Shown: piece after piece, positions 21,227 through 34,784 of the stretch
Layout: each line of letters opens with the position of its first letter
Position numbering within the stretch: the first letter of the stretch is position 1
NCBI GenBank assembly: GCA_963699755.1
Contig: CAVOVB010000001.1
Span: forward strand, 1,344,001 to 1,408,000
From: an uncultured delta proteobacterium
GTDB lineage: Bacteria; Myxococcota_A; Polyangia; Polyangiales; Houyiibacteriaceae
DNA: 64,000 bases
Reading direction: 5' to 3'
Translations under genes and position numbers: made by a program
The notes under the pieces: generated by a model
What the model was told of the DNA's origin: nothing
The model's input: the letters and a program-made list of their open reading frames with translations, nothing else
Databases searched by the model: none

Positions 21227-23002
21227 ATGTTACGCAAGCTGGAGAAGTACGAGGTTTTGGATGAGATCGGCCACGGTGGCATGGCTACGGTCTATCGTGC
21301 ACGTGACAGCTCGCTCGACCGCTTCGTCGCCCTCAAGGTGCTCCATCCGCATCTACAGCGCACCAGCGAAGCGCGTGCCAGATTCACGCGTGAAGCCAGG
21401 AGCGTCGCGAAGCTGCGCCATCCACACATCCTCGAAATCTACGACTACAGCGGGGAGGAATCCAACGAGACCTATATCGCGGCGGAGCTCCTCACCGGGC
21501 CTACACTCAAGGATTTCGTTCTCGATCAGAAAGAGCTGCCGCCGGAAATCGCGGCTTGCATCGCCCTTCAGCTCGCCGACGCCCTCGGCGAAGCCCATGC
21601 CAAGGGCATCATCCACCGCGACGTGAAGCCAGAGAACGTTCTCATTCATCAAGACCGCATCGTGAAGCTCACCGACTTCGGCATCGCGTACATGGTCGAC
21701 GCGCACACCTTCACCGTAACGGGTCAGATCCTCGGCTCCCCCGGCCACATGGCGCCCGAACAAGTCGAGGGCGGGGCCTGCGACGTCCGCAGCGACGTCT
21801 TTTCGCTCGGGACGGTCCTCTATTTCTGTGCGACCGGTCGGCTGCCGTTCATCGGCCGCAACCCACACCACCTCTTGAAGCTGCTGCTCGAGGGCGAGTA
21901 CCCGGACCCGCTTCGCATCCATCCGTCGATTGGCGCAGACCTAGCGCGGATCATGAACAAGGCGCTATGCCGAGCGCCGGGTGAACGTTATCAAAGCGCC
22001 GACGAGATCGCCGAGCAACTCCGGACCTTTCTCGACCAAATGGGGATCGACGATCCCGACGAAATGCTCGCTCGTTACCTGGCCGATCCGCCCGGAGTCG
22101 CCAAGGAGCTCCATGAGCATTCGCTTCAACGGCTTCTCTTGCTTGGGTCGGCAGCAGCAAAGGCCGGCGAAATATCGAAGGCACAGGCCTTGCTGAGCCG
22201 TGTTCTGGCCCTGGACGAAGGCAATGAGCAAGCCCTCGAGCTCCTCGGGTCGCTTGGGCGTCGACGTCGAGCGAGCCACTTGATGGGGCTCGTCGCGGCT
22301 GTGCTCACCCTTGCACTGGCGGGTCTTGCTTATTGGGGTTGGCGCAGAATCGAACAGCCGCCTGCAGCAACGGAGTCAACCCCCGTCTCCGACGAGATCA
22401 CCGAAGATGCGGCGAGCGAACAAGCCAAACGCAGCGATGTCCCTCCGCCGCCCGCCTCCGAGTCGGGCCTGGCCGAAGCGAAAAGCACGGTGGAGGACGA
22501 CGGCAAGGACGCAGCCACAAGCACCCGACGCTGGGTGGTCTTCAAGCCCACCCCCCCAAACGTCTCGATCAGCGTAGACGGAAGCCCTCTCAAACCCTAC
22601 GGCCCCGACTTTCAAAGGGTGCGCCTGAAAGTAGGCGGTCACACGTTTCGCATCGTCGGAGCAGAAGGATGCTGCGATGAGCGGGTCGTTCGCAAGCAGA
22701 TTCCAGAAGGAGAGCGCGACTTCGAGCTGGCGGTCAAACTTCGTTACAAGCCTGCGAGGCTGTATCTCAAGGGCCCGGCTCCAGCCGACGCGAAAGTCCG
22801 AATCACGCTTCCCGGCAATCGCCAGATCACGGGACGAATCCGAGAAATCCTTCAGATCCCGATGGGCTCGCTTCAAGCCTCCGCACAGGTCCAAATTCGT
22901 GCACCTGGCTATCGAACGTACCGGACAGTCGTGAAGCTTCGTGCCGGAGCGGATTTGACAGAGCATTCCTTCGAGCTTGAGAGGGAAGGCGAAACCCCGT
23001 AG
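21227..23002 (+). CDS. Membrane Ser/Thr protein kinase with TPR-like segment and periplasmic PEGA-like domains
   Basis: IGHGGMATVY, VALK, HRDVKPEN, DFG, MAPE; TM near aa 350-372. Confidence 0.93.
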   Translation: MLRKLEKYEVLDEIGHGGMATVYRARDSSLDRFVALKVLHPHLQRTSEARARFTREARSVAKLRHPHILEIYDYSGEESNETYIAAELLTGPTLKDFVLDQKELPPEIAACIALQLADALGEAHAKGIIHRDVKPENVLIHQDRIVKLTDFGIAYMVDAHTFTVTGQILGSPGHMAPEQVEGGACDVRSDVFSLGTVLYFCATGRLPFIGRNPHHLLKLLLEGEYPDPLRIHPSIGADLARIMNKALCRAPGERYQSADEIAEQLRTFLDQMGIDDPDEMLARYLADPPGVAKELHEHSLQRLLLLGSAAAKAGEISKAQALLSRVLALDEGNEQALELLGSLGRRRRASHLMGLVAAVLTLALAGLAYWGWRRIEQPPAATESTPVSDEITEDAASEQAKRSDVPPPPASESGLAEAKSTVEDDGKDAATSTRRWVVFKPTPPNVSISVDGSPLKPYGPDFQRVRLKVGGHTFRIVGAEGCCDERVVRKQIPEGERDFELAVKLRYKPARLYLKGPAPADAKVRITLPGNRQITGRIREILQIPMGSLQASAQVQIRAPGYRTYRTVVKLRAGADLTEHSFELEREGETP

Positions 23003-23017
23003 AACCCGCCTGAGGTG

Positions 23018-23929
23018 ATGCGGCGCCCCGCGCTTTCCGGTTTGATTTTCCTGTTGATGGCGGCGTCCGCGCTTCCGGTCGCCGCCGACGAGCTTTCGGA
23101 CTTCGAGTCGGCCCGTCGCAGCTACGATAAGCAAAGCTATACAAAGGCAGCGCGTGGGCTGGAGTCGCTCGTCGGCGGGGTCGTTCCGCGGGCCGTCAAT
23201 CCGGTCGTTCGCCTCGAAGCCCGCAAGTACCTGGGGGCCACCTACCTCTTCCTGGGCAAAAAGGACGCTGCCCGTGAGCAGTTTAGGCTCCTGCTCGAAG
23301 AGGACCCCGAGTACGACATCGACCCTGTGGCGTTTCCCGAAGCGGTCGTGGAGACATTTCAAGAGGTTCAAAAAGGCGCAGCGGTCGAGCGCGCCCGCAA
23401 GGAAGCCCTCGAGGCCGCGCGCCAAAAACGGGAGCGTTCTGAAGAGGTCGAGGAGCTGATTCGTCAACAGCAGCGCATCGAAGCGCTAGAGAAGCTCGCC
23501 TCTGAACAAACCATCGAGAAGGTCAACTCTCGCTGGATCGCCGCAATTCCATTCGGAGCCGGTCAGTTCCAGAACGAAAACCGCAAGCTCGGAATCATGT
23601 TCGCCACGACTGAGAGCGCATTCCTCGCAGCGACCATTGCGACCTTCATCGGCCACAACTCGCTGCGCGACGAGAACCCGGGGCCGGGCGAAATCGAACG
23701 GGCGAGACGAGTCGAGAAGGCGCTCCGCATCGGCAACTGGGTGAGCGTCGGGGCATTCTTGAGCTTTGCCATTGCTGGTGTCGTCGAGGCAGAAGTCCGT
23801 TTCAAGCCGGTGATCCAAACCAGCCGGAGGCGAGAGCTACCGAAAGACATCGTCAGCCCGCAAAGCCGCGGCCCGCAGATCCGGCTCGAGCTAGGCCTCA
23901 CGGGCGGTAAGCTGCGGCTGGAATTCTGA
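23018..23929 (+). CDS. Exported tetratricopeptide-repeat protein
   Basis: Signal peptide; TPR-like ARKYLGATYLFLGKKDAAREQF; PFGAGQFQN; C-terminal beta strand ending in Phe. Confidence 0.7.
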   Translation: MRRPALSGLIFLLMAASALPVAADELSDFESARRSYDKQSYTKAARGLESLVGGVVPRAVNPVVRLEARKYLGATYLFLGKKDAAREQFRLLLEEDPEYDIDPVAFPEAVVETFQEVQKGAAVERARKEALEAARQKRERSEEVEELIRQQQRIEALEKLASEQTIEKVNSRWIAAIPFGAGQFQNENRKLGIMFATTESAFLAATIATFIGHNSLRDENPGPGEIERARRVEKALRIGNWVSVGAFLSFAIAGVVEAEVRFKPVIQTSRRRELPKDIVSPQSRGPQIRLELGLTGGKLRLEF

Positions 23930-24067
23930 GCGTCGGCGAATTCTGCTTCGATCGGGAGGCCCGGATCATTCTTGCTGCGCTGGCCGGGAAGACAATGGCC
24001 GGCAATGAGCAAATCATGATTCCTTTCGAGGAGTTATGGATCCATTCCAATTCGCGGGACGCTTCGC

Positions 24068-24095
24068 TTGACAGCGGGCCTTTCGCGCCTATCCT
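24068..24095 (+). promoter_or_regulatory. Putative sigma70 promoter of the str operon
   Basis: TTGACA-N16-TATCCT, 65 nt upstream of rpsL. Confidence 0.65.
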
Positions 24096-24160
24096 TGGCT
24101 CCCTTCGACGCACGGGGAACGAGCGCGCGCCCTGGGAATTATTCGCTTTTTCAGATAGTT

Positions 24161-24559
24161 ATGCCCACGATCAACCAGCTCGTCCGCAACGGACGCAAAC
24201 AGATCAAATCGAAAACGGACTCTCCGGCGCTTCAGCGTTGCCCGCAGAAGCGAGGTGTGTGTGTTCGCGTTTACACGACCACACCGAAGAAGCCCAACTC
24301 CGCGCTTCGCAAGGTCGCTCGTGTGCGGCTCTCGAATGGGATCGAGGCGACCACTTACATTCCCGGCGAAGGACACAATCTTCAGGAGCACTCGGTCGTG
24401 CTCATTCGCGGGGGTCGCGTGAAGGATCTTCCCGGTGTGCGCTACCACGTCGTTCGCGGCACGCTTGACGCTACCGGCGCGGCGGGCCCATCCAATACCA
24501 ACAAAGCGAACCGCGTCAACAAGCGGTCGAAGTACGGCGTCAAGCGCCCCAAAGCCTGA
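24161..24559 (+). CDS. rpsL: 30S ribosomal protein S12
   Basis: [30 protein letters not shown]. Confidence 0.98.
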   Translation: MPTINQLVRNGRKQIKSKTDSPALQRCPQKRGVCVRVYTTTPKKPNSALRKVARVRLSNGIEATTYIPGEGHNLQEHSVVLIRGGRVKDLPGVRYHVVRGTLDATGAAGPSNTNKANRVNKRSKYGVKRPKA

Positions 24560-24572
24560 GCAAGTCTAAGTC

Positions 24573-25043
24573 ATGAGTCGTCGAGTTAGCGCACCAAAGA
24601 GACAGATCATCCCCGACGCCAAGTACGGCGATCAGTTGGTGGCGAAGTTCGTCAACTCGCTGATGCTTGCAGGCAAGCGGTCAACGGCCGAGAAGTGCCT
24701 CTACAGCGCCTTCGAAATCATCGAAGAGCGCTATAAGGACCAGCCGCTCGACGTGTTCAAAAAGGCACTCGATGCGGTCAAGCCTCGGGTCGAGGTCAAG
24801 AGCCGCCGTGTTGGTGGTGCAACGTATCAGGTTCCGGTCGAGGTTCGCTCCGACCGGCGCAATGCGCTCGCAATGCGGTGGCTGGTCCAGTACTCGCGGG
24901 CGCGCGGCGAGAAGTCCATGGAAGAGCGCCTGGCGGCCGAGCTCATGGAGGCCTCGCAGGGCCGCGGAAACGCCGTAAAGAAGCGGGAAGACACACACAA
25001 GATGGCCGACGCAAACAAGGCGTTTGCGCACTATCGCTGGTAA
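24573..25043 (+). CDS. rpsG: 30S ribosomal protein S7
   Basis: [25 protein letters not shown]. Confidence 0.98.
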   Translation: MSRRVSAPKRQIIPDAKYGDQLVAKFVNSLMLAGKRSTAEKCLYSAFEIIEERYKDQPLDVFKKALDAVKPRVEVKSRRVGGATYQVPVEVRSDRRNALAMRWLVQYSRARGEKSMEERLAAELMEASQGRGNAVKKREDTHKMADANKAFAHYRW

Positions 25044-25177
25044 GAACTTTTTTGGCGTCTGGGAAGGTCTACGGAAACCACTCAGACAAGGAGCAGTAGC
25101 TGAACTCATGACATCGCTGACATAGAGAGAGTCACCGGGAAGACCGCGACGAATCGTCGCAACCGATGTGCCTCTCG

Positions 25178-25233
25178 AAACCCTCTCTGAGTCGAAGAAG
25201 CCCGAGGGTGGCTTCTGGGTCGGAGGGGGTTTT
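25178..25233 (+). other. Long stem-loop with T tail in the rpsG-fusA spacer (terminator/attenuator or processing site)
   Basis: AAACCCTCTCTGA pairs with TCGGAGGGGGTTT; inner AGAAGCC/GGCTTCT stem. Confidence 0.6.
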
Positions 25234-25278
25234 GTCTGTCAAGCGCCAGCGTCGAAAGAGTCGAGCTCATAGAATCCA

Positions 25279-27393
25279 ATGGCCAGAAAGTACGCACTCG
25301 ATAAGACCCGCAACATCGGCATCATGGCCCACATCGATGCGGGCAAGACCACGACGACCGAGCGCATCCTTTACTACACCGGCGTCAACTACAAGATCGG
25401 CGAGGTGCATGACGGCGCTGCGACCATGGACTACATGGAGCAGGAGCAAGAGCGCGGGATCACGATCACCTCCGCTGCGACGACCTGCTTCTGGCGGCCC
25501 AGCAGCGGCCCCTTCAGCGATGATCAGTACCGGATCAACATCATCGATACGCCAGGCCACGTCGACTTCACGATCGAGGTGGAGCGGTCGCTTCGCGTTC
25601 TCGATGGCGCCGTTGCTGTGTTCGACGGCAAGGAGGGCGTGGAGCCACAGTCCGAAACCGTCTGGCGTCAGGCCGACCGCTACGTGGTTCCACGCATCTG
25701 CTTCATCAACAAGATGGACAAGGCTGGCGCCGACTTCCCCTCGGCGTTCCAGTCAATTAAGGATCGACTTGGCGCACCGGCAGTCGCGGTTCAGCTTCCC
25801 CTCGGCCAAGAGGCGGAGCTCGAAGGCATCATCGATCTGGTCGCGATGAAGGCCAATCGCTTTAGGGACGACAATCTCGGCGCAGAATGGGTCGTCGAGG
25901 AGATTCCGGCGGAGTTCGAGCAGCAGGCCAATGCGGCCCGTGCGCTGCTCATAGAGGCGATTTCGGAGGTCGACGACGCTCTGATGGAACGCTTCTTGGA
26001 GGGCGACACGGCCTTCTCCGAAGAGGAGATTGTCAAGGCGCTTCGCAAGGGCTGCCTCGAGCAGACCATCGTTCCGGTGCTCACCGGCTCGGCTTTCAAG
26101 AACAAAGGCGTGCAGCAGCTGCTGGACGCCGTCGTGAATTTCCTTCCCTCGCCCCTCGAGGTTCCCGCGATTCAGGGCATCGACCCCAAGGACCCCGAGA
26201 AGAGGATGGAGCGCAAGGCCTCGGATGACGAGCCCTTCAGTGCCCTGGCGTTCAAGATCGTCAACGATTCCTTCGTCGGTCAGCTCACATTTTTCCGGGT
26301 GTACTCCGGCGTGCTTCAAGCGGGGTCCGGTGTCTTGAATTCAACCAAGGGTAAGAAGGAGCGCATCGGCCGCATCCTTCAGATGCACGCCAATAACCGT
26401 GAAGAGCTCAAAGAAATTCACGCTGGCAACATTGCTGCCGCGGTCGGCCTGAAGACGGCCACCACCGGCGATACCCTCTGCGATGAAAAGGCGCCGATCA
26501 TTCTCGAGCGCATGGATTTCCCGGAGCCTGTCATCTCGGTGGCCATCGAGCCGAGGACCAAGGCCGACCAGGACAAGTTGGGCGTAGGGCTCGCAAAGCT
26601 TGCTGCCGAAGACCCTAGTTTTCGCGCCCACACCGACGAGGAGTCGGGCCAAACGATCATCAGCGGCATGGGCGAGCTCCACTTGGAGATCATCGTCGAC
26701 CGACTCAAGCGCGAGTACCAGGTTGATTCCAACGTCGGCGCACCACAGGTCGCGTATCGTGAGACGATCACTAAGGAAATCGAGTCCGAGGGCCGCTACG
26801 TGAAGCAAAGCGGCGGCCGGGGCATGTTCGGCCACGTCTGGATTAAGCTCGAGCCTCTCGAGGCCGGGTCTGGTTTCGAGTTCGAAAACAAGATCGTCGG
26901 TGGTGTGGTCCCGAAGGAGTTCATTGCTCCCGTGCAAAAGGGCATAAAGGATGCGATGTCCCGCGGCGTGATGGCCGGGTACCCCGTTATCGATCTCAAA
27001 GCAACGCTCTTCGATGGGTCGTATCACGACGTCGATTCGAGCCCGGCTGCGTTCGAAGTCGCTGGCTCCCTGGCTTTCCAGGAAGGTGCGAAGCGGGCGG
27101 GCATTCGTTTGCTCGAGCCGGTAATGGACGTTGAAGTTCGAGTCCCCGAGGACTACATGGGGGAGGTCATCGGTGACCTGAACTCGCGTCGCGGGTCGGT
27201 CAGCGGAATGGATTCCGTGGGTGGTCTGCAGGTGATTCGTGCATCTGTTCCGCTCGCAAACATGTTTGGTTACGTCAACGACCTTCGCTCGAAAACCCAG
27301 GGGCGTGCGGTCTACACGATGCAGTTCAAGGAGTATCAGGGGGTGCCGCAGGGCATCGCCGATGAAATCGTCGCCAAGGCGAAGGGCGGCTGA
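25279..27393 (+). CDS. fusA: Elongation factor G
   Basis: [33 protein letters not shown]. Confidence 0.98.
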   Translation: MARKYALDKTRNIGIMAHIDAGKTTTTERILYYTGVNYKIGEVHDGAATMDYMEQEQERGITITSAATTCFWRPSSGPFSDDQYRINIIDTPGHVDFTIEVERSLRVLDGAVAVFDGKEGVEPQSETVWRQADRYVVPRICFINKMDKAGADFPSAFQSIKDRLGAPAVAVQLPLGQEAELEGIIDLVAMKANRFRDDNLGAEWVVEEIPAEFEQQANAARALLIEAISEVDDALMERFLEGDTAFSEEEIVKALRKGCLEQTIVPVLTGSAFKNKGVQQLLDAVVNFLPSPLEVPAIQGIDPKDPEKRMERKASDDEPFSALAFKIVNDSFVGQLTFFRVYSGVLQAGSGVLNSTKGKKERIGRILQMHANNREELKEIHAGNIAAAVGLKTATTGDTLCDEKAPIILERMDFPEPVISVAIEPRTKADQDKLGVGLAKLAAEDPSFRAHTDEESGQTIISGMGELHLEIIVDRLKREYQVDSNVGAPQVAYRETITKEIESEGRYVKQSGGRGMFGHVWIKLEPLEAGSGFEFENKIVGGVVPKEFIAPVQKGIKDAMSRGVMAGYPVIDLKATLFDGSYHDVDSSPAAFEVAGSLAFQEGAKRAGIRLLEPVMDVEVRVPEDYMGEVIGDLNSRRGSVSGMDSVGGLQVIRASVPLANMFGYVNDLRSKTQGRAVYTMQFKEYQGVPQGIADEIVAKAKGG

Positions 27394-27403
27394 GGAGCTA
27401 ACG

Positions 27404-28594
<1,191 letters not shown>

Positions 28595-28598
28595 AACA

Positions 28599-28907
28599 AT
28601 GGCAGCGAACAAGATCCGGATTCGGCTCAAGGCTTACGATCACCGATTGCTAGATCAATCGGCGACGGAAATCGTCGACACGGCGAAGCGCACCGGTGCG
28701 CGGGTCGCGGGTCCGATTCCGCTGCCTACGCGCATCAACAAATACACTGTGTTGCGTGGGCCCCACGTGGACAAGAAATCGCGTGAACAGTTCGAGATTC
28801 GCACTCACAAGCGGCTCTTGGACATCTTGGATCCAACACAGCAAACGCTCGACGCCCTGATGAAGCTGGATCTTTCAGCGGGTGTCGATGTCGAGATCAA
28901 GTCGTAA
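28599..28907 (+). CDS. rpsJ: 30S ribosomal protein S10
   Basis: [22 protein letters not shown]. Confidence 0.98.
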   Translation: MAANKIRIRLKAYDHRLLDQSATEIVDTAKRTGARVAGPIPLPTRINKYTVLRGPHVDKKSREQFEIRTHKRLLDILDPTQQTLDALMKLDLSAGVDVEIKS

Positions 28908-28919
28908 GGCGGTCGGTCC

Positions 28920-29543
28920 ATGCCCAAGGTGAAGGTTTACAACTTGAGTAAGAAGGGCGTCGGAGAGATACATCTCGCTGACAGCGTCTTCGATGCGACG
29001 GTCAACGAGAGCCTCTTATATGATGTTCTCAAAGCCCAGCTAGCGAGTCAGCGCAAGGGCGCGGCTTCAGCGCAGACCAGGGCCGAGGTCTCGGCGACCA
29101 AGCGCAAGATGTACAAGCAGAAGGGCACGGGCAGCGCCCGTCATGGCTCCAAGCGCGCGCCGATTTTCGTCGGTGGCGGCACGGCCCACGGCCCCAAGCC
29201 CCGCGACTTCGGCTATCGGCCCCCGCGCAAGATGCGTCTAGGAGCGCTGAAGAGCGCCTTGAGCCTCAAGCTTCGCGAAGGTCAGCTGCTGATCGTCGAG
29301 AACTTCGAGCTCGCCGAAATCAAGACGAAGAAGCTCGCCGAGGTTCTCGAAAAGCTCGAGGTCAACGGCGGAGCGCTCATCGTCGATGGCAAAGAAAACG
29401 AGAAACTGCGCCTCAGCGCGCGCAACCTGCAGGGCCACTCGGTTCTGCCACCCGAGGGCGTGAACCTATACGACTTGCTCCGACACGAGCATCTCGTGCT
29501 CACGCAGAACGCGGTGCAAGCTCTGGAAGCCAGGTGTCAGTGA
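28920..29543 (+). CDS. rplD: 50S ribosomal protein L4
   Basis: [21 protein letters not shown]. Confidence 0.97.
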   Translation: MPKVKVYNLSKKGVGEIHLADSVFDATVNESLLYDVLKAQLASQRKGAASAQTRAEVSATKRKMYKQKGTGSARHGSKRAPIFVGGGTAHGPKPRDFGYRPPRKMRLGALKSALSLKLREGQLLIVENFELAEIKTKKLAEVLEKLEVNGGALIVDGKENEKLRLSARNLQGHSVLPPEGVNLYDLLRHEHLVLTQNAVQALEARCQ

Positions 29544-29833
29544 TGCATGCCGAGGAAGTCATCAAGCGACCGATTTACCTCACGGAGAAGGGCGCCAAGC
29601 TCCGCGAGGAGGAGAACAAGTACACGTTCGAGGTGGACCTCGGCGCGAACAAGCTCCAAATCAAGGATGCCGTCGAGGCTTTGTTCAAAGTCACGGTGCG
29701 CGACGTCCGTACCTTGGTCATGCGCGGTCACATGCGCCGCATGGGCAAGACCTATGCGAAAACTCAAAACTGGAAGAAGGCCGTCGTCACACTTCGCGAG
29801 GGTGAGACCATCGACTTCTTCGAGGGTGTCTGA
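29543..29833 (+). CDS. rplW: 50S ribosomal protein L23
   Basis: [25 protein letters not shown]. Confidence 0.96.
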   Translation: MHAEEVIKRPIYLTEKGAKLREEENKYTFEVDLGANKLQIKDAVEALFKVTVRDVRTLVMRGHMRRMGKTYAKTQNWKKAVVTLREGETIDFFEGV

Positions 29834-29835
29834 AG

Positions 29836-30663
29836 ATGGCAATTCGTAAGTTCAAACCGACGTCGCCGTCCCGCCGCTTCTACGAGGCGCCGGACTTCGA
29901 CACGATCACCCGCGGGAAACCTGAAAAGAAACTTCTCGACACCAAGAAGCAGACTGCCGGTCGCAACAACCAGGGGCGCATCACCTCGCGCTTCCGTGGG
30001 GGCGGTCACAAGCAGCGCTACCGCAAGATCGACTTCAAGCGGAACAAGATCGGCGTGCCAGGGACGGTGAAGGGGATCGAATATGATCCGAATCGCTCGG
30101 CTCGAATCGCGCTAATCCACTATGAAGATGGCGAAAAAGCTTACATTCTTGCTCCGGACGGCCTAGAGCCCGGTCAGCAGGTGCTCTCGTCACGCAATGC
30201 CGACGTGAAGCCCGGCAACGCGATGCCGCTTCGTCACATGCCGCTTGGCACGATGATACACAACATCGAGCTCAAGATTGGCAAGGGCGCCCAGCTCGTG
30301 CGTTCAGCCGGGACCGCAGCCCAGCTGATGGCCAAGGATGGCAACTATGCTCAGGTCCGCCTTCCGTCCGGCGAAGTTCGCTTGGTGCACCTCAACTGCC
30401 GTGCGTCGGTCGGACAGGTTAGCAACGGTCAGCATGCCCGCCTGACGCTCGGCAAGGCAGGCCGAAGCCGCTGGCTCGGTCGCCGACCACACAATCGTGG
30501 CACCACCATGAACCCAGTCGACCATCCAATGGGTGGCGGCGAGGGCCGCACCTCGGGTGGACGTCATCCCTGCTCACCCTGGGGTCAGCTCGCCAAGGGC
30601 TTGAAGACTAGAAAGAACAAGTCGACGGACAAGTACATTGTTCGCAGTCGAAAGAAGAAGTAA
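29836..30663 (+). CDS. rplB: 50S ribosomal protein L2
   Basis: [30 protein letters not shown]. Confidence 0.98.
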   Translation: MAIRKFKPTSPSRRFYEAPDFDTITRGKPEKKLLDTKKQTAGRNNQGRITSRFRGGGHKQRYRKIDFKRNKIGVPGTVKGIEYDPNRSARIALIHYEDGEKAYILAPDGLEPGQQVLSSRNADVKPGNAMPLRHMPLGTMIHNIELKIGKGAQLVRSAGTAAQLMAKDGNYAQVRLPSGEVRLVHLNCRASVGQVSNGQHARLTLGKAGRSRWLGRRPHNRGTTMNPVDHPMGGGEGRTSGGRHPCSPWGQLAKGLKTRKNKSTDKYIVRSRKKK

Positions 30664-30965
30664 TGGCGCGTTCAGTAAAAAAGGGTCCGTTCATCGACCA
30701 GCACCTCGAAGACAAGGTCGAGGCTGCGACCAAGTCGGGCGACAAGAAGATGATCCGCACTTGGTCGCGTCGTTCGACAGTGACGCCCGACTTCGTTGGG
30801 CACACCTTTGCCGTTCACAACGGCCGGAAGTTCGTCACCGTCTTCGTCACCGAGAACATGGTCGGGCACAAGCTCGGCGAGTTCGCGCCAACCCGGACGT
30901 TCGGCGGTCATGCGTCGGATAGGAAGGGTGGCCGCAAGGTCAACCCCGAGACAGGGAAGAGATGA
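30663..30965 (+). CDS. rpsS: 30S ribosomal protein S19
   Basis: [21 protein letters not shown]. Confidence 0.98.
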   Translation: MARSVKKGPFIDQHLEDKVEAATKSGDKKMIRTWSRRSTVTPDFVGHTFAVHNGRKFVTVFVTENMVGHKLGEFAPTRTFGGHASDRKGGRKVNPETGKR

Positions 30966-31318
30966 TCATGGAAGCGGTTGCAAAAGCACGGTTTCAAAGG
31001 ATTTCGCCCCGTAAGGCGCGAGTCGTGCTCAACATGGTGCGCGGCAAGAGCGTCGCGGACGCCCTCAATGAGCTCCGCTTCACGACGAAGTCGGCGGCTC
31101 CCATCGTGGCCAAGGCCATAAGTAGCGCGATCGCCAATGCCAAGCAGAAGAACGAAGAGCTGAACTTGGACGACCTGTTCGTCAAAACCGCATTTGCCGA
31201 CATGGCGCCCAACCAGCACATGCGGCGTTGGCGTCCTCGGGCGCAGGGGCGCGCGACGCGCATCCTCAAGGGAATGAGTCACATCACCGTCGTCGTGAGC
31301 GATGGGGAAGAGAGCTGA
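30962..31318 (+). CDS. rplV: 50S ribosomal protein L22
   Basis: [28 protein letters not shown]. Confidence 0.97.
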   Translation: MIMEAVAKARFQRISPRKARVVLNMVRGKSVADALNELRFTTKSAAPIVAKAISSAIANAKQKNEELNLDDLFVKTAFADMAPNQHMRRWRPRAQGRATRILKGMSHITVVVSDGEES

Positions 31319-31321
31319 AGC

Positions 31322-31984
<663 letters not shown>

Positions 31985-31993
31985 GGACGAGCC

Positions 31994-32410
31994 ATGCTTC
32001 AACCAAAGAAAACCAAGTTCCGAAAACAGATGAAGGGCCGCATGCGCGGCAAAGCGTACCGAGGCGGAAAGATCTCGTTCGGCGACTTCGGGCTTCAGGC
32101 GCTCGAGCCCGGCCGGATCAGCCAACGACAGATCGAAGCGGCTCGTATGACCATTCAGCGGAAGGTGAAGCGTCAAGGGCAGCTATTCATTCGCATCTTC
32201 CCGGACAAGCCGATCACCAAGAAGCCTCTCGAAACTCGACAGGGCAAGGGCAAGGGCAGCGTCGAAGGCTGGGTGGCGGTCATCAAGCCCGGGCGCATGC
32301 TGTACGAAATGCAGGGCGTCCCCGAGGATGTCGCGCGAGCAGCGTTTGCGCTCGCTGCACACAAGCTCCCCATCAAGACAGCGTTCAGGTCGAGGGAGAC
32401 TGAGCTATGA
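31994..32410 (+). CDS. rplP: 50S ribosomal protein L16
   Basis: [28 protein letters not shown]. Confidence 0.98.
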   Translation: MLQPKKTKFRKQMKGRMRGKAYRGGKISFGDFGLQALEPGRISQRQIEAARMTIQRKVKRQGQLFIRIFPDKPITKKPLETRQGKGKGSVEGWVAVIKPGRMLYEMQGVPEDVARAAFALAAHKLPIKTAFRSRETEL

Positions 32411-32613
32411 AACCCGAAGACATTCGTACGAATACGCTCGAAGAGCTCGCCGTCATGGAAGGCGATCTGCGTCGCCAGCTTTGGAAGGTCCGCTTCGACA
32501 ATCACACCAATCAGCTCGACGATACGAGCTCCATTCAAAAAATTCGCCGGGACCTCGCCCGCGTGAAGACCATTCTTGCCGAGCGCCGCGCTGAAGCGGC
32601 GAACAAGGAGTGA
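32407..32613 (+). CDS. rpmC: 50S ribosomal protein L29
   Basis: [10 protein letters not shown]; operon position. Confidence 0.93.
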   Translation: MKPEDIRTNTLEELAVMEGDLRRQLWKVRFDNHTNQLDDTSSIQKIRRDLARVKTILAERRAEAANKE

Positions 32614-32619
32614 TCGGCC

Positions 32620-32937
32620 ATGACTGCTGTTGAACCAGGACAACCGACACCAAAAGCCACCAAGGAGCGTGGCCGGCGTCGTCGCTTGGTCGGACGCGTC
32701 GTGAACGAGACGCAGACCGAGGGGCGAGTCCAACAAACCGTCGTGGTGGAGGTCATCCGCCGCGCCCGCGATCCCTTCTACGGGAAATACGTCAAGCGCA
32801 AGAAGAAGTTCCATGCGCACGACGAGGCCAACGAGTATCGCACGAACGACGTCGTCGAGATTCGCGCCTGCCGCCCGCGCAGCAAGACGAAGCGCTGGGA
32901 GGTGGTCCGCCTCATCGAGAGGCCGCCGGAGGTATAA
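32620..32937 (+). CDS. rpsQ: 30S ribosomal protein S17
   Basis: [25 protein letters not shown]. Confidence 0.95.
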   Translation: MTAVEPGQPTPKATKERGRRRRLVGRVVNETQTEGRVQQTVVVEVIRRARDPFYGKYVKRKKKFHAHDEANEYRTNDVVEIRACRPRSKTKRWEVVRLIERPPEV

Positions 32938-32939
32938 CG

Positions 32940-33308
32940 ATGATCCAGACCGAAACACAGCTGGATGTGGCCGATAACAGCGGCGCGAAGCGAGTGTCCT
33001 GCATCAAGGTGCTCGGCGGTTCGCGACGTCGTTATGCCGGCCTCGGCGACATAATCGTCGTCTCGGTGAAGGAAGCTCTTCCCACCGCCCGCGTGAAAAA
33101 GGGCGAAGTTGCCCGTGCGGTCGTGGTGCGCACCAAGCGTGAGTACCAGCGGCCGGATGGCACCTACATCAAGTTCGACACGAACAGCGCCGTGCTCATC
33201 ACCAAGGACAACGAGCCGATCGGCACCCGAATCTTCGGACCGGTGGCCCGTGAGCTACGCGCAAAAAAGTTCATGAAGATCGTCTCCCTCGCGCCGGAGG
33301 TGGTGTGA
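32940..33308 (+). CDS. rplN: 50S ribosomal protein L14
   Basis: [25 protein letters not shown]. Confidence 0.98.
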   Translation: MIQTETQLDVADNSGAKRVSCIKVLGGSRRRYAGLGDIIVVSVKEALPTARVKKGEVARAVVVRTKREYQRPDGTYIKFDTNSAVLITKDNEPIGTRIFGPVARELRAKKFMKIVSLAPEVV

Positions 33309-33625
33309 TGACTGCGCGTATCAAAAAGGGTGATCTGGTTCAGGTCATCGCAGGCAAGGACCGCGGCGAAAAGGGCCGTGTTCTCCAAGTGGTTCGGGCG
33401 GACTTGCTCCTCGTCGAGGGCGTCAACCGCGTGAAGCGACACCAGAGCCCCCGTCGTTTCAAAGAGGCTGGCATCGTCGAAAAGGAGATGCCAATTCACG
33501 CCTCGAACGTGATGCTGGTCGACCCGAAGACCGACGAACGCACCCGCGTCCGCATCGAAGCCGACAAGAAGGACCCCAACAAGCGCGTACGCGTGGCCGT
33601 TAAGAGCGGCTCGGTCCTGGATTGA
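33308..33625 (+). CDS. rplX: 50S ribosomal protein L24
   Basis: [22 protein letters not shown]. Confidence 0.97.
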   Translation: MTARIKKGDLVQVIAGKDRGEKGRVLQVVRADLLLVEGVNRVKRHQSPRRFKEAGIVEKEMPIHASNVMLVDPKTDERTRVRIEADKKDPNKRVRVAVKSGSVLD

Positions 33626-33632
33626 GGTCGTC

Positions 33633-34184
33633 ATGAGTGAATACGAACCCCGACTCCGCAAGAAATACACAGACGAGATCATCCCTCAGTTGATGAAGGA
33701 ATTCAGCTTCAAGAACGTGATGCAGGTTCCGAAGCTGGACCGAGTCGTGATCAACATGGGCCTCGGTGAAGCGGTGCAGAATGCGAAGCTCGTCGAATCG
33801 GCAGTCGAAGAGCTCGCCGCAATCACCGGCCGCAAGCCGATCGTCACTCGCGCGAAGAAGTCCATCGCGAGCTTCAAGCTTCGCGAGGGTATGCCGATTG
33901 GCGCGATGGTCACGCTTCGCGGTAGGCAGATGTACGACTTCGTCGATCGACTGGTTTCGATCGCCCTGCCGCGTACGCGTGACTTCAAAGGCATCAGCCC
34001 AAAAGCATTCGACGGCCGTGGCAACTACACGCTCGGTATTCGCGAACAGATCGTCTTTCCAGAGATCAACTATGACAAAATCGATCACATCAAAGGCATG
34101 AACGTGACCTTTGTTACGACCGCAAAAACTGACGAACAGGGACGTGCCTTGCTGAAGTCGCTCGGCATGCCGTTCAGGAACTAG
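33633..34184 (+). CDS. rplE: 50S ribosomal protein L5
   Basis: [24 protein letters not shown]. Confidence 0.98.
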   Translation: MSEYEPRLRKKYTDEIIPQLMKEFSFKNVMQVPKLDRVVINMGLGEAVQNAKLVESAVEELAAITGRKPIVTRAKKSIASFKLREGMPIGAMVTLRGRQMYDFVDRLVSIALPRTRDFKGISPKAFDGRGNYTLGIREQIVFPEINYDKIDHIKGMNVTFVTTAKTDEQGRALLKSLGMPFRN

Positions 34185-34193
34185 AGGACGCAG

Positions 34194-34379
34194 ATGGCTA
34201 GTAGGCGCGCATTTGCCAAAATGGAGAAGACACCGAAATTCTCGGTGCGACAACGGAATCGCTGCAAAGTCTGCGGACGCCCGCGGGGTTACTACCGCAA
34301 GTTCGAGATGTGCCGCATTTGTCTTCGTAAGTATGGGCTCTCGGGCGATGTCCCGGGCCTCACGAAATCGAGCTGGTAA
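34194..34379 (+). CDS. rpsN: 30S ribosomal protein S14 (short Zn-binding type)
   Basis: 61 aa; CKVCGRPR...CRIC; KSSW. Confidence 0.96.
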   Translation: MASRRAFAKMEKTPKFSVRQRNRCKVCGRPRGYYRKFEMCRICLRKYGLSGDVPGLTKSSW

Positions 34380-34391
34380 GGAGGTGCAGTC

Positions 34392-34784
34392 ATGATGACC
34401 GATCCAATCGCAGACATGCTCACGCGCATCCGGAACGCCGCACAGGCTCAGCACGATCACACCGTTCTTCCTTCTTCGAATCTCAAGGCGCAGCTGGCCG
34501 AGATTCTCAAGCAAGAAGGCTTCATCGACGACTACCGTGTCGAAGACGGGGTTCAGAAAAGCCTCACGATCTTCCTCAAGTACGGTCGTGACCGCCAGAG
34601 CGCGTTCGTCGGGATGCGCCGCGCGAGCCGCCCAGGACGGCGCTTCTACGTGGGCCACAACGACATCCCACGTGTCCAGAACGGCATGGGTGTTGCGATT
34701 CTTTCGACATCCGTCGGCGTCATGACCGGCCGCGACGCTCGCCACAAGCGAGTGGGCGGTGAGGTGCTCTGCGAGGTTTGGTGA
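34392..34784 (+). CDS. rpsH: 30S ribosomal protein S8
   Basis: [29 protein letters not shown]. Confidence 0.98.
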   Translation: MMTDPIADMLTRIRNAAQAQHDHTVLPSSNLKAQLAEILKQEGFIDDYRVEDGVQKSLTIFLKYGRDRQSAFVGMRRASRPGRRFYVGHNDIPRVQNGMGVAILSTSVGVMTGRDARHKRVGGEVLCEVW

